This document shows positions 8,466 through 17,425 of a stretch of 64,000 nt of DNA, one piece after another; positions within the stretch are counted from its first letter, which is position 1, and each line of letters starts with the position of its first letter. This stretch comes from Bdellovibrionales bacterium (GTDB lineage: Bacteria; Bdellovibrionota; Bdellovibrionia; Bdellovibrionales; UBA1609). The notes under the pieces are model-generated. The model was not told the origin of the DNA, ran no database searches, and worked only from the letters and a program-made list of their open reading frames with translations. The stretch spans positions 32,001-96,000 of the forward strand of contig JAWLHR010000010.1 of NCBI GenBank assembly GCA_041690295.1, read 5' to 3'. The position numbers and the translations under genes are program-made.

Positions 8466-10016
8466 ATGAAAACCGCTGAAGAGTTCCTACGCCAGAAGCA
8501 TTTGTTCCAACTCGGTGACCTTCCCACGGAAACTCCCCATCCGAAAACCCTGCGACTTTCCGATTGGGCCAAGAATGATTTGGATCAGGCGTTGGCCACG
8601 CTTCGAAGAGTGGATTTGGAAGCGATCGAAAAGATCGCGCGTATGAAAGCCGAACTGACAAGTTTGTTCCATGCGGTCGATGATACCTTGTCCTCGGGAA
8701 ATAAAGTGTATTTAGTCGGCTGCGGCGCCACGGGCCGCCTGTCCTTGTCGCTCGAGTACCTTTGGCGGGAAGCGTACCCGGACAAGGCCGATCAGGTCTG
8801 TGGCTTCATGGCCGGTGGCGATGTGGCGCTAGTGCACTCATTGGAAGGTTTCGAGGATTTTCCGGAATACGGCGCGCGCCATCTCATGGAGTTGGGATTC
8901 AGCGAAAATGATTTATTGATCGGATCCACCGAAGGCGGTGAGACACCTTATGTGATCGGCGCGGTCGAAAAGGCCACCGAGGTTTCAAAACGGCGCCCGC
9001 TTTTTCTTTACTGCAACACCACCCGGATTCTCATCGACAAAGTGGAACGCTCACGCCGGGTTTTAACCAATCCCGCGATCGCGTCCTATTGTCTGGAGAC
9101 CGGTCCCATGGCGTTGACCGGTAGCACGCGCATGCAGGCGAGCACGGTACTGATGTTGGTGATAGGCTTGGCTTTGGAATTCCGGCGCGATGTGGATGGG
9201 GCCTTCAAGGCGTTGGACGCGTGGTTGGACTTCCTGCGGAACGCGCAAGTGCAGCGGTTGCGTGACTTTATCGCTCTTGAGGCCACGATTTATCATTCGG
9301 GGCATAACACGCTTTACGTCACTGATGAATTCGCCATTACGGTGTTCACCGATACCACGGAACGCGCGCCCACGTTTAATTTACAGCCGTTCAACAATCC
9401 CGTTTATCCGGCGGCGCAAAACTCACTGACTTACATTTGTATAAAGGCGAAAACCGCCGAAGAGGGTTGGCGGGCTTTGCTCAATCGGGATCCGCGACCC
9501 ATTCACTGGCCGGAAACGCATGTGAAAGCCACACGCGAATATTTGTTCAGTTTTGATTTCGGCATCGGCGCCCGCGAGTTCCGTGAACGTTCGATTCCCG
9601 ATCGCGTGCACCATGAGTTCCGGATTGAACGGGATGGCCGCGACTTGGTGTTTGAATTGGCTGAATTGAAAGAAAAGTTTCCCGTGCCGGGAACTTCGAA
9701 ATTGTTTGATCACCTGACCTTGAAGCTTTGGTTGAATATCCATTCCACACTGGTGATGGGTCGCCTTGGCCGGTTCGAAGGGAATTTGATGACCTGGGTT
9801 TATCCGTCGAACGGCAAACTCATTGACCGGGCCGCCCGGTATTCGCAAATCCTCATGCGGCAGGCCGGTCTTCCCGAGGCGTCCTATGACGACATCGTTC
9901 GCGCCCAGTTCGCCGCCAAACAGGATTTAAAATCCAATGAATCGATCGTCCATAAAACGATCAAGGTGCTGACGTCCGGTCATGCCCAGGGTCCGGTGGC
10001 CCAGGCGCCGCTCTGA
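8466..10016 (+). CDS. SIS-domain protein related to MurQ etherase / glucokinase regulatory protein, with a large internal insertion
   Basis: GCGATGRL, LEGFED, GETPYVIGA, GPMALTGSTRMQA and KLWLNIHST..NLMT..SNGKLIDRA parallel MurQ motifs. It is 516 aa versus about 300 aa for MurQ. Confidence 0.7.
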   Translation: MKTAEEFLRQKHLFQLGDLPTETPHPKTLRLSDWAKNDLDQALATLRRVDLEAIEKIARMKAELTSLFHAVDDTLSSGNKVYLVGCGATGRLSLSLEYLWREAYPDKADQVCGFMAGGDVALVHSLEGFEDFPEYGARHLMELGFSENDLLIGSTEGGETPYVIGAVEKATEVSKRRPLFLYCNTTRILIDKVERSRRVLTNPAIASYCLETGPMALTGSTRMQASTVLMLVIGLALEFRRDVDGAFKALDAWLDFLRNAQVQRLRDFIALEATIYHSGHNTLYVTDEFAITVFTDTTERAPTFNLQPFNNPVYPAAQNSLTYICIKAKTAEEGWRALLNRDPRPIHWPETHVKATREYLFSFDFGIGAREFRERSIPDRVHHEFRIERDGRDLVFELAELKEKFPVPGTSKLFDHLTLKLWLNIHSTLVMGRLGRFEGNLMTWVYPSNGKLIDRAARYSQILMRQAGLPEASYDDIVRAQFAAKQDLKSNESIVHKTIKVLTSGHAQGPVAQAPL

Positions 10017-10022
10017 CCGAAA

Positions 10023-10448
10023 TCACCGCGGCTTCGGGAAAGAAACGATATAACGAAAAACTCGATCCCCCGCCGAGTAATGAGAAGCTTTAAAAGTCTC
10101 GATCTTTTCAGCTATGCACGAGATCAAGCGTCCTGAGTTCATTGAACCGAACACGTCGGCCGTGACGTTGCGGAACCGACCTTCTTTGTCCACTGAGAAA
10201 TAGAAGATGGCCTGAACTCTCCCGGTCTCTTTTTCGTAACAGGCATCGAGTTTTTCCTGATGAGAGGAAACGACGCCAATAACTTCCTCTTCGCGCGCTC
10301 TGTCCCCATTTTCGACCAGGTGCCCGGTCATTTGAAGGATTTTGAGATCATCAAAGTAGTCACCATTGAAGTGGTAGGCTCCGATCTCGGCCAACGCGAG
10401 AGAGGGCAGGAATAATAAAATATACATCCATGTAAAAACCGTTTTCAC
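10023..10448 (-). CDS. Secreted hypothetical protein, possible AgmX/PglI (TonB-C-like) C-terminal domain
   Basis: Signal peptide ending SLALA; L.ACYEK...F.V...G...SCI pattern. The GTG start follows GGAGGAG. Confidence 0.5.
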   Translation of the reverse strand: MKTVFTWMYILLFLPSLALAEIGAYHFNGDYFDDLKILQMTGHLVENGDRAREEEVIGVVSSHQEKLDACYEKETGRVQAIFYFSVDKEGRFRNVTADVFGSMNSGRLISCIAEKIETFKASHYSAGDRVFRYIVSFPKPR

Positions 10449-10545
10449 TTTTCGCTCTCCTCCGGCTCTCTGTTTCAAAAATCACGTTTGACAGTTCAGT
10501 TTCCATGCCAGAGGAGCGACCAATCGGATTGTTTGGTGGGGTGGT

Positions 10546-12114
10546 TTACCGCGCGAACTCGACCGCTTGGGTTTCCCGCACGACGGTGACTTTGATCAGG
10601 CCTGGGTAGTTGAGCTCTTGCTCAATTTTCTGCGCGATTTGCTTTGAGAGTTGCAGGGCTTTGTGATCGTCCACTCTTTGGCCGTCGACCAGGACGCGGA
10701 CTTCGCGACCGGCGCTCAAGATGTAGGTGGCCACGACGCCTTCAAAACCGCTGCCGATTTTTTCGAGGTCGGCCATTTTCTGCGTGTACGAATCCATGGT
10801 CGAGCGCCGCGCTCCGGGCCGCGCGCCAGAAAGCGCGTCCGCGGCGATCGTTAAAAACGCGAGATCCGTGCTCGGCGTTTCATCATAGTGGTGCGCGCGG
10901 ACGGCATGAACGATCTCGGGCCGCTCACCGTGTTTTTCGATGAAGTCGGCGCCGATCACGGCGTGACCGCCTTCGCGGGAGTGATCCATGGCTTTGCCGA
11001 TATCATGTAAAAGACCCGCGCGCCGGCCATCGGGGATGTTCTGGCCGAGCTCCGCGCTCAGCAGCCCACAGAGCCAGCCCACTTCCGCCACATGGAAGTA
11101 CTGGTTTTGAGCGAATGAATAACGATAGCGAAGGGCGCCCAACATCGATCGCACATCTTCGTGAAGATCATGAATCTTCAACTCCTTGGCGATGCGATTG
11201 CCATCGGTGAGAATTTTTTTGAACAGCGCTTTTTTGCAGCGGTCGTGAATGTCATCGATGATTTTTTCGTTCAGTTGGCGCTGCTTGGATGCGGCCTCCA
11301 GAACGGCGCGCCCCAATTCGCGGCGGACCGGATCGAATCCCATGATCGTGGCGCTCTGGTAGGTCTCGTTGTAAACGATGTCCACGCCGCAAAGCTTTTC
11401 GATTTTTTTGACGAAGACGTTGTCCGGTCCGTAGGTGCGCTTTTTATGTTCCTCGGACTCAAAGTTCACGTTGCCGATTCCGCGCTCGGGACAATAGGGG
11501 CGCGCGAAACGGTTCAGCGCGATGTGAATGATTTTTTTCGCGTCCCGCTCGGCATTGAGTTGCATTTCATGTTCCAGGTCCTGGGCGGTGCGGGTGGCGT
11601 GGGTGCGAACTTCTTGTTCGAACTGATTTTGAATTTGTTTTTTCAGTTCGGCCTCGTCCACCGAGGACCGTTGGCGGGCTTCCGCCAATAACCGCTTTTG
11701 AATTTCCGCGGCTTTGTTGCGAAGCTGATTCACGCGGTTTTCGAAATTACGAACGCGTTGCCATTTGGAGTTCAAGGCTTGCGCGCGGCGATTGAGCGCC
11801 TGCTCACGCGTGCTGACCATATCGCGGAATTTCAATTCCTTTTCCGCGATCTCGTCTTCGCGGTCTTCATTCCTGAGGACCAGTTTGCGCGTTTCCCGTT
11901 CAAATCGCTCGTAAGCGCTTTCGCGATAATCCTCGATTTGAAGCTTAAGTTCTTCCTCTTGCGCTTCCACATCCTTTTTCGCGCTTTCGATCATTTCGGC
12001 GGCTTCTCTTGAAGCCCATCTCAGTTCGCGACGCCGGTTGAGCCAGAGCACGAGACCCATGATGAGCCCGCCGGCCAAGAGTCCAGATGTGAATGAAAAA
12101 ATGGGCATATCCAT
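10546..12114 (-). CDS. rny: Ribonuclease Y family protein
   Basis: N-terminal TM anchor, coiled coil, FDPVRRE, LRYRYSFAQN..H, LLHDIGKA, AADALSGARPGARR, AGREVRV and YPGLIKVTVVRE. Confidence 0.9.
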   Translation of the reverse strand: MDMPIFSFTSGLLAGGLIMGLVLWLNRRRELRWASREAAEMIESAKKDVEAQEEELKLQIEDYRESAYERFERETRKLVLRNEDREDEIAEKELKFRDMVSTREQALNRRAQALNSKWQRVRNFENRVNQLRNKAAEIQKRLLAEARQRSSVDEAELKKQIQNQFEQEVRTHATRTAQDLEHEMQLNAERDAKKIIHIALNRFARPYCPERGIGNVNFESEEHKKRTYGPDNVFVKKIEKLCGVDIVYNETYQSATIMGFDPVRRELGRAVLEAASKQRQLNEKIIDDIHDRCKKALFKKILTDGNRIAKELKIHDLHEDVRSMLGALRYRYSFAQNQYFHVAEVGWLCGLLSAELGQNIPDGRRAGLLHDIGKAMDHSREGGHAVIGADFIEKHGERPEIVHAVRAHHYDETPSTDLAFLTIAADALSGARPGARRSTMDSYTQKMADLEKIGSGFEGVVATYILSAGREVRVLVDGQRVDDHKALQLSKQIAQKIEQELNYPGLIKVTVVRETQAVEFAR

Positions 12115-12176
12115 CAGCGCTCCAAGCTATCACCTTGCGGGCCCTTTCAGAATCTACGCCGGATAGCGTCAATCAC

Positions 12177-12204
12177 TCAAATCGAAGGGTGGGTGTGCCG
12201 ATAG
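12177..12204 (+). promoter_or_regulatory. Possible sigma28 (FliA) promoter
   Basis: TCAAA-N15-GCCGATAG resembles the TAAA-N15-GCCGATAA consensus and lies 25 bp upstream of the CDS at 12230. Confidence 0.45.
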
Positions 12205-12229
12205 AAAAAGGCGAGGGTTTAAAGATTCC

Positions 12230-13381
12230 ATGGAGAACACGAAGAAGCTCAAAAGAGGGGAAGTTCTCTTTAAAGAAGGGGAAACTCCCACCGCCATCTA
12301 TCTGATTCAGCAGGGTAAGATCGCTTTAATGCATGAGCGTTCCGGAAAAAACCTGGAAGTCGCCGTGCTTGGGCCTTCGCAGGTGCTCGGGGAGCACGCT
12401 CTTTTTTCCAGCATGGCCAAACATGAGTACCGGGCCGAGGCGCTTCAGGAGACCAAGGTTTTGGAAGTGCCGATCGAGATCATGAAGCAGCAGTTTGAAA
12501 AGTGCCCGCCGGGAATCAAGCTCATGGTGAAGAGCGCGAGCGATGAAGTGAAGGCCATGCGCAAGCAGGCCAAAATGGCCAAAATGGAAACGGAAAAGGC
12601 GGCCTGCCCGCAAGGTTTGATTCACCGGATCTTCACCGAAATCCATTTGATCGCCCGACACATCGGCAAAAAATCTCCGGACAATCCAAATGAAATCAAA
12701 GTGGCGTGGAACGCTTTGAAGCTTTACGCCAGCCGCTTCTTCGGTGAATCACCGCCGCGCCTTCGCGGGGTCATGGATCTTCTCGCCAAGCTGAAGTACG
12801 CCGAACTGGTGATGGGTAAACCGGAAGACAGTGAAGGCGAAGAAGACCTGATCGACGTGAAGTTCTTAAATGTGCAGCTCTTCGAGGATTTCGCCGAGTT
12901 TTTTCAATATCACCTCTTTAAGGGCAGCCGCGCCGAAGCCATTTTCGTGGATCCACTGGCTTTGAAGGTGGCCAAGGCTTTCGCCGAGCTCTCCGAAGGC
13001 GCCGAGGTGGATCATAAAGGCGCCTCGAAGCTGGAATGGTCCCAGGTGCTCGCGGAATGCAAATCCAAATACCGGATCGATCTTAAAAACACGCACCTGG
13101 ACGCGCTTGAGAAAAAAGGGTTGTTCGTCAAACGGCAGAGTTTCGATGACGGCCGCTTACAACTTTCCTTTGACCGCAACGAGTTCGTGCGAATGGCCGA
13201 GTTCTGGTCGATCATTCATGAAATCGACAAGTGGAATGAGAAGGGCTTCGTCGATATGAATGAAAAAGAGGAAGTCGTGGCCGGCGACGGAAACTCCTGT
13301 CCGCAATGTCAGGGTCCGATCGCGGAAACCCACAAGTTCTGCCCGAACTGCGGCGCGAAGATCGAAACAGCGGCCGCTTAA
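12230..13381 (+). CDS. cNMP-binding domain protein with C-terminal zinc ribbon
   Basis: LKRGEVLFKEGE..IYLIQQG..LGEHALF at the N-terminus; CPQC...FCPNCG at the C-terminus. Confidence 0.8.
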   Translation: MENTKKLKRGEVLFKEGETPTAIYLIQQGKIALMHERSGKNLEVAVLGPSQVLGEHALFSSMAKHEYRAEALQETKVLEVPIEIMKQQFEKCPPGIKLMVKSASDEVKAMRKQAKMAKMETEKAACPQGLIHRIFTEIHLIARHIGKKSPDNPNEIKVAWNALKLYASRFFGESPPRLRGVMDLLAKLKYAELVMGKPEDSEGEEDLIDVKFLNVQLFEDFAEFFQYHLFKGSRAEAIFVDPLALKVAKAFAELSEGAEVDHKGASKLEWSQVLAECKSKYRIDLKNTHLDALEKKGLFVKRQSFDDGRLQLSFDRNEFVRMAEFWSIIHEIDKWNEKGFVDMNEKEEVVAGDGNSCPQCQGPIAETHKFCPNCGAKIETAAA

Positions 13382-13388
13382 AGCGCGC

Positions 13389-15440
13389 TCACTCTTTGTG
13401 CTTCTGTTGAGCGTAGTTTTCCCGGATCCAAGTGCGCGCGTACTTCAAAAACGCGTCGTTGATCCCGAAGTAAGTGGCGTAAACCAGATAACCGCCATCG
13501 GGGTGTTCTTTGCAGTGATAGACCCTGGCGGCCAAACACTGGTTCGGGGCGTTGTCGTAAATCGACTTGCGCAGATAAAACGTGGAGCCGGGAACGAGTT
13601 TTTGCGGACTGCGAATGGTCGCCCCGAATTCGCTGAGCGCTTCCAGCTCCAGCTTTTTCGCCACGTGAACCGATAAGTTCGGCTGGCTCCAACCCAGATT
13701 GTTGAAGGTGTAAAGGGTGTTCTTGTTCGGCAGGATTTCCGAGAGAAAATAAAGCATCTGCCTTGAATCCACCGGTTTGATGAACATTCCCAGAATGTCC
13801 GGAGCGTTCATCCACTTGTCCAAATCGCGGGGTTCCTGATCGGCGATGATCAGGAACTTCAGTTGCTCCGGATTTTTCACGAGATTCAATTTGAACGCGC
13901 GGGCGCGAAGGTTTTCCACCCAAGTGTTCGGATCCTCCGATACGAAACTCATGTTCACGATCATCAGATCCAACGTGGGATTGGTGTCCTCTTGGGTCAC
14001 CTGTTCAACAATATCACCCAATCCCGCTGGCAGTAGTTCAACGGTGACGATATGGTCGGCGCTGCTCTTATAGGCCTTCATTTTCACGGCGCGACCGACG
14101 TTCGAACTGTCTTGCATGATCAGAAGTTTTTCCATCACGCGCCCCTCGCTGGCGAGGTTGATGGATTCTTCCACGAGCAGCCGGGACGATTGATCCTGCA
14201 AGAGGGAAAGATAGCCTTCCGGCGAACTGAAGATCGCGGAAGCTTGGTGGCCGAGAAAGAGGTCGGTTTCATTGGGGCCCGGGTCCACGCTCAAGCATTT
14301 AAGATCTTCCACCGCGATCGATAAAGACAAAGGACTGTTATAGAAGTCCGCCTCTTCCGTGGGTTTGGGCGGATCGGATTTATTCAAGCTTCCGGCGGGG
14401 CTGAAGTACTTGTACAGAAAAATCGAGTACGAGGTTTCACCGATGATATGCAACCGGTCCATTTCTTTGGTGAGTTGCTGGCCGAGAGGGATGATGGCCG
14501 ATTCTTCCGGATCGATGATGGCCAAGTTGAATTCCGCTTGTTCCTCGGGCGACAAAAACAAATTGGTTGGATCAAAGCGCACCACTTCACGGTCTTCATT
14601 CTTCAAGCTTTGGTAACGGGGCGCCTTCGAGAGCTGGCGGCGGATCTGGGTAAGGGCGCTTTTGGAAAGACCGAAAAAGCCGAAGTAAACGATGTACTGG
14701 CCCGGATAATCAGGGTGGGGATCGGAACGAATCACCTTGCCGCGAAGCTCGAGACGATTTTTATCGCCGGGCAGTTGAACGTAGAATTTGGCCGGAAGCC
14801 CGCGCACGAGGGGAACCGGATTGCGAATCCCCATGGCCACATCGCTTAGGCGGTCCAGTTTGGCGATTTTGGAAATTTCAATCTGGTGTTTGACTTCCTG
14901 ATTGAAGAGATAGCTTGGCGTGGCCAGGCTCGGCAGGGCGAGAAGGATCTCCATTTTTTGCAAAAAGATGAGCCGGTCCAAGGGGAGATAAATGAGATCG
15001 TCCAGCGCCGGATGAAGCAGATCCAGCTTGTTGATGCCGTCGTCTTCGTACTTCAGAAGAACCCAGCGCTGTTGGCCGTTTTCCGGCCAGTGTTTGTATT
15101 TTTTCAAATTCGTCCGGACTTTATCGATCCAGGCCGCGGGTTTTTCTTTCACCGAGTCCAGGGCGAAGATGACCATGTGAACGTCTCTAAATAAGCGCAG
15201 TTCGATTTCTTCCGGGCCACTTGGCTCGGGGGGCTTGCTCCCTTCGGGCGGTGGCGCGGCGTTAGGATCGCCTGGCTCCGGCTCGGATTTCTTTGTGGGA
15301 TCCTTGAAATAAAGGGCCTCGAATTCTTCGACCCGACTGAATGTGGCGAAACGAAGATCTCCCGTGTCGAGCTCGTTCAAATATTGCTCGATTTGTCGGC
15401 GAACCCGATCGTCTTTAACGACGGCCACGACATTTGGCAC
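13389..15440 (-). CDS. Multidomain signalling protein with degenerate receiver-like and two PilZ-like domains
   Basis: Two similar beta-barrel-like segments (DRLSDVAMGI..ELRGKVIRS..YIVYFGFFGL and EALSEFGATI..LAARVYHC..YLVYATYFGI), each preceded by a receiver-like segment. Confidence 0.55.
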   Translation of the reverse strand: MPNVVAVVKDDRVRRQIEQYLNELDTGDLRFATFSRVEEFEALYFKDPTKKSEPEPGDPNAAPPPEGSKPPEPSGPEEIELRLFRDVHMVIFALDSVKEKPAAWIDKVRTNLKKYKHWPENGQQRWVLLKYEDDGINKLDLLHPALDDLIYLPLDRLIFLQKMEILLALPSLATPSYLFNQEVKHQIEISKIAKLDRLSDVAMGIRNPVPLVRGLPAKFYVQLPGDKNRLELRGKVIRSDPHPDYPGQYIVYFGFFGLSKSALTQIRRQLSKAPRYQSLKNEDREVVRFDPTNLFLSPEEQAEFNLAIIDPEESAIIPLGQQLTKEMDRLHIIGETSYSIFLYKYFSPAGSLNKSDPPKPTEEADFYNSPLSLSIAVEDLKCLSVDPGPNETDLFLGHQASAIFSSPEGYLSLLQDQSSRLLVEESINLASEGRVMEKLLIMQDSSNVGRAVKMKAYKSSADHIVTVELLPAGLGDIVEQVTQEDTNPTLDLMIVNMSFVSEDPNTWVENLRARAFKLNLVKNPEQLKFLIIADQEPRDLDKWMNAPDILGMFIKPVDSRQMLYFLSEILPNKNTLYTFNNLGWSQPNLSVHVAKKLELEALSEFGATIRSPQKLVPGSTFYLRKSIYDNAPNQCLAARVYHCKEHPDGGYLVYATYFGINDAFLKYARTWIRENYAQQKHKE

Positions 15441-15498
15441 CGAAGACCTCTTCTATATATGACCCCAATTTTAATTACACGTCATATCACGAGGCGCT

Positions 15499-16092
15499 TC
15501 AAGGGTAGAGTCGGCGGAAGGTCCAGGTGTGATCGGATTTTTCGAACTCGAATCGATCGTGCAAACGTCCAGGTTGCGCGATCCAAAACTCAATGGATTT
15601 TGGTTTGATGAGATAACCACCCCAATGGTCAGGGCAAGGGATCTCTTGACCGGCGAAATTCTTTTCCGCCTCGCTCGCGAGCTTTTCCAACTCTTCTCTT
15701 GAACCCACGACTTCAGATTGCTGGGAAACGTATTGGCTGATCTGGCTTTCACGCGGCCGACTTTTCCAATAGGCGCGGGATTGCTCCGCCGGGACTTTTT
15801 CAACCCGACCCGTGATGCGGATTTGTCGGCCCAGCTGATCCCAATAAAAAACCGCGCTGCAGTGGGGATTGCGGTCGAGTTCGCGGCCTTTGCGGCTCAA
15901 GTAGTTCGTGTAAAAAACAAACCCCTCTTCCGACCAGGATTTGCAGAGCACGATTCGGTTCTGAACACCGCCGTCCAGCGCGACGGTGGCCAAGGCCATG
16001 GCCGTCGCCTCGCGAATTCCCGGATGGGTGGCCGCCTCGTGGAGCCAGCGAGAGAACAGCTCAATGGGGTTTGTACGCGCCGAGATTTCCAT
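15499..16092 (-). CDS. pdxH: Pyridoxamine 5'-phosphate oxidase
   Basis: AMALAT, RIVLCK, FYTNYLSRKG, SRPRESQI, WGGY and EFW...RLHDR..RLYP. The start is trimmed to MEISARTNP. Confidence 0.93.
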   Translation of the reverse strand: MEISARTNPIELFSRWLHEAATHPGIREATAMALATVALDGGVQNRIVLCKSWSEEGFVFYTNYLSRKGRELDRNPHCSAVFYWDQLGRQIRITGRVEKVPAEQSRAYWKSRPRESQISQYVSQQSEVVGSREELEKLASEAEKNFAGQEIPCPDHWGGYLIKPKSIEFWIAQPGRLHDRFEFEKSDHTWTFRRLYP

Positions 16093-16146
16093 TGGCTCAT
16101 AGATGGCAGTTTGGTTAACTAATGTCATCCATTGGGAGGATGAGCC

Positions 16147-16428
16147 ATGAGCACAAATAACGATCGGCAGGTTCTGGTTAAATTCATCGATCAAATCCGC
16201 TGGTTGTATGAACCTGAATTTGGAGACTTTAAGCGCAAAGTGGGGCTCTATATCGAGCGCCTCGAAGAGTCCGACCCCGCCTTCAAGCAGGGGCGGGCCC
16301 GAAAGATCCTCGATTCCATGAGAACGATCGCGGTTTATGATCCCAACGGGGACATTGAATCCACGCGGCAAAAAATACTGGAACTCGCTTCCGAGCTCGC
16401 GGATGTCAAAGACAGCCAAACGCACTGA
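16147..16428 (+). CDS. Small hypothetical protein
   Basis: 93 aa ORF with GGAGGA SD; it overlaps the start of the ROK gene. Confidence 0.65.
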   Translation: MSTNNDRQVLVKFIDQIRWLYEPEFGDFKRKVGLYIERLEESDPAFKQGRARKILDSMRTIAVYDPNGDIESTRQKILELASELADVKDSQTH

Positions 16429-17368
16429 CGTTTATCTTTGTTTCGATCTCGGTGGGACCAAACTGAAAGCGGCCTTGGTCAATTCCAACGGCCGCATCCT
16501 CGCCGATGCCGTCGCCCCGATCGTTCAGGAAGACGGTTACGAGGGACTACTGGAGCTTTTCTCAATCCTCGCCTCACAACTTCCGAAGTCGCCCGCGTAC
16601 AAAGTGGTTTCGGTGGCGTCGGCGGGACCACTACATCCCGAGCAAGGGATCTTGCTTGATCCCACCAATTTTTTTACCGGCAATAAATCGTGGGGCGTGC
16701 TGCCGCTCGTGAAATCCCTTAAGAAGATCTTCAAAAAACCAGTACTTCTTGAAAACGATGCCGCCGCCGCGGTTCTGGGTGAAATGTGGCGCGGCGGTCA
16801 TGGTCGCACCAAGAACCTTGTGGCCATGACCCTGGGAACCGGCGTGGGCATCGGTGTGATCGCCAACGGACAACTGGTTCGCGCGGGCCGCGGACTTCAT
16901 CCTGAAGCTAGTCACATTCCCATCAACAGCGAAAACAAGGAGTACCCTTGTGGGTGCGGCAATAACGGCTGTATCGAAGCGTACCTGGGCGGAAACCATT
17001 TTGCCCGGCGCCTGGGACGCCTTAAAGGGCGGGCTCTCACGGGCTTGGAGAGCGTGGCTTTGGCTAAGCAAGGTGATGTGTGGGTGCAGGAAGCTTTTAG
17101 GGAATACGGCCGCCATCTGGCCCTGGCGGTGCGCACATTAAGTGTTCTTTTCGCCCCTGAAATCGTGGTTCTCTCGGGCGGTTTCTCCCATGCTTCGCAG
17201 CTTTTTCTCGATGAATGCCGGGCCCATCTGCCCACGATCATGGAACGCTATCGTGACGGGATTGATTTAGTTCCCGAAGTGAAAGTTTCCAAACTGCAAA
17301 GTGACGCGGGAATTTTGGGAGCGGCCTATATCGCCACTCAAATGAAGAAGCCGCGGCGGACGGCATAA
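16403..17368 (+). CDS. ROK family sugar kinase (glucokinase-like)
   Basis: FDLGGTK, LENDAAAA, TLGTGVG and EASH...CGCGNNGCIE; there is no N-terminal HTH. Confidence 0.9.
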   Translation: MSKTAKRTDVYLCFDLGGTKLKAALVNSNGRILADAVAPIVQEDGYEGLLELFSILASQLPKSPAYKVVSVASAGPLHPEQGILLDPTNFFTGNKSWGVLPLVKSLKKIFKKPVLLENDAAAAVLGEMWRGGHGRTKNLVAMTLGTGVGIGVIANGQLVRAGRGLHPEASHIPINSENKEYPCGCGNNGCIEAYLGGNHFARRLGRLKGRALTGLESVALAKQGDVWVQEAFREYGRHLALAVRTLSVLFAPEIVVLSGGFSHASQLFLDECRAHLPTIMERYRDGIDLVPEVKVSKLQSDAGILGAAYIATQMKKPRRTA

Positions 17369-17400
17369 AAAAAGGAACGCTGTTTGGCGTTCCTTTTTTT
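17367..17400. terminator. Bidirectional intrinsic terminator
   Basis: AAAAAAAGGAACGC-tgtttg-GCGTTCCTTTTTTT lies between convergent genes. Confidence 0.9.
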
Positions 17401-17425
17401 AATCCATTCTCGGATCAGAGGGAGA

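Noticed and set aside
16093..16425. 110 aa N-terminal extension of PdxH in the ORF track
   Set aside because: It overlaps the divergent plus-strand gene at 16147, which has its own SD. PdxH similarity starts near MEISARTNP.
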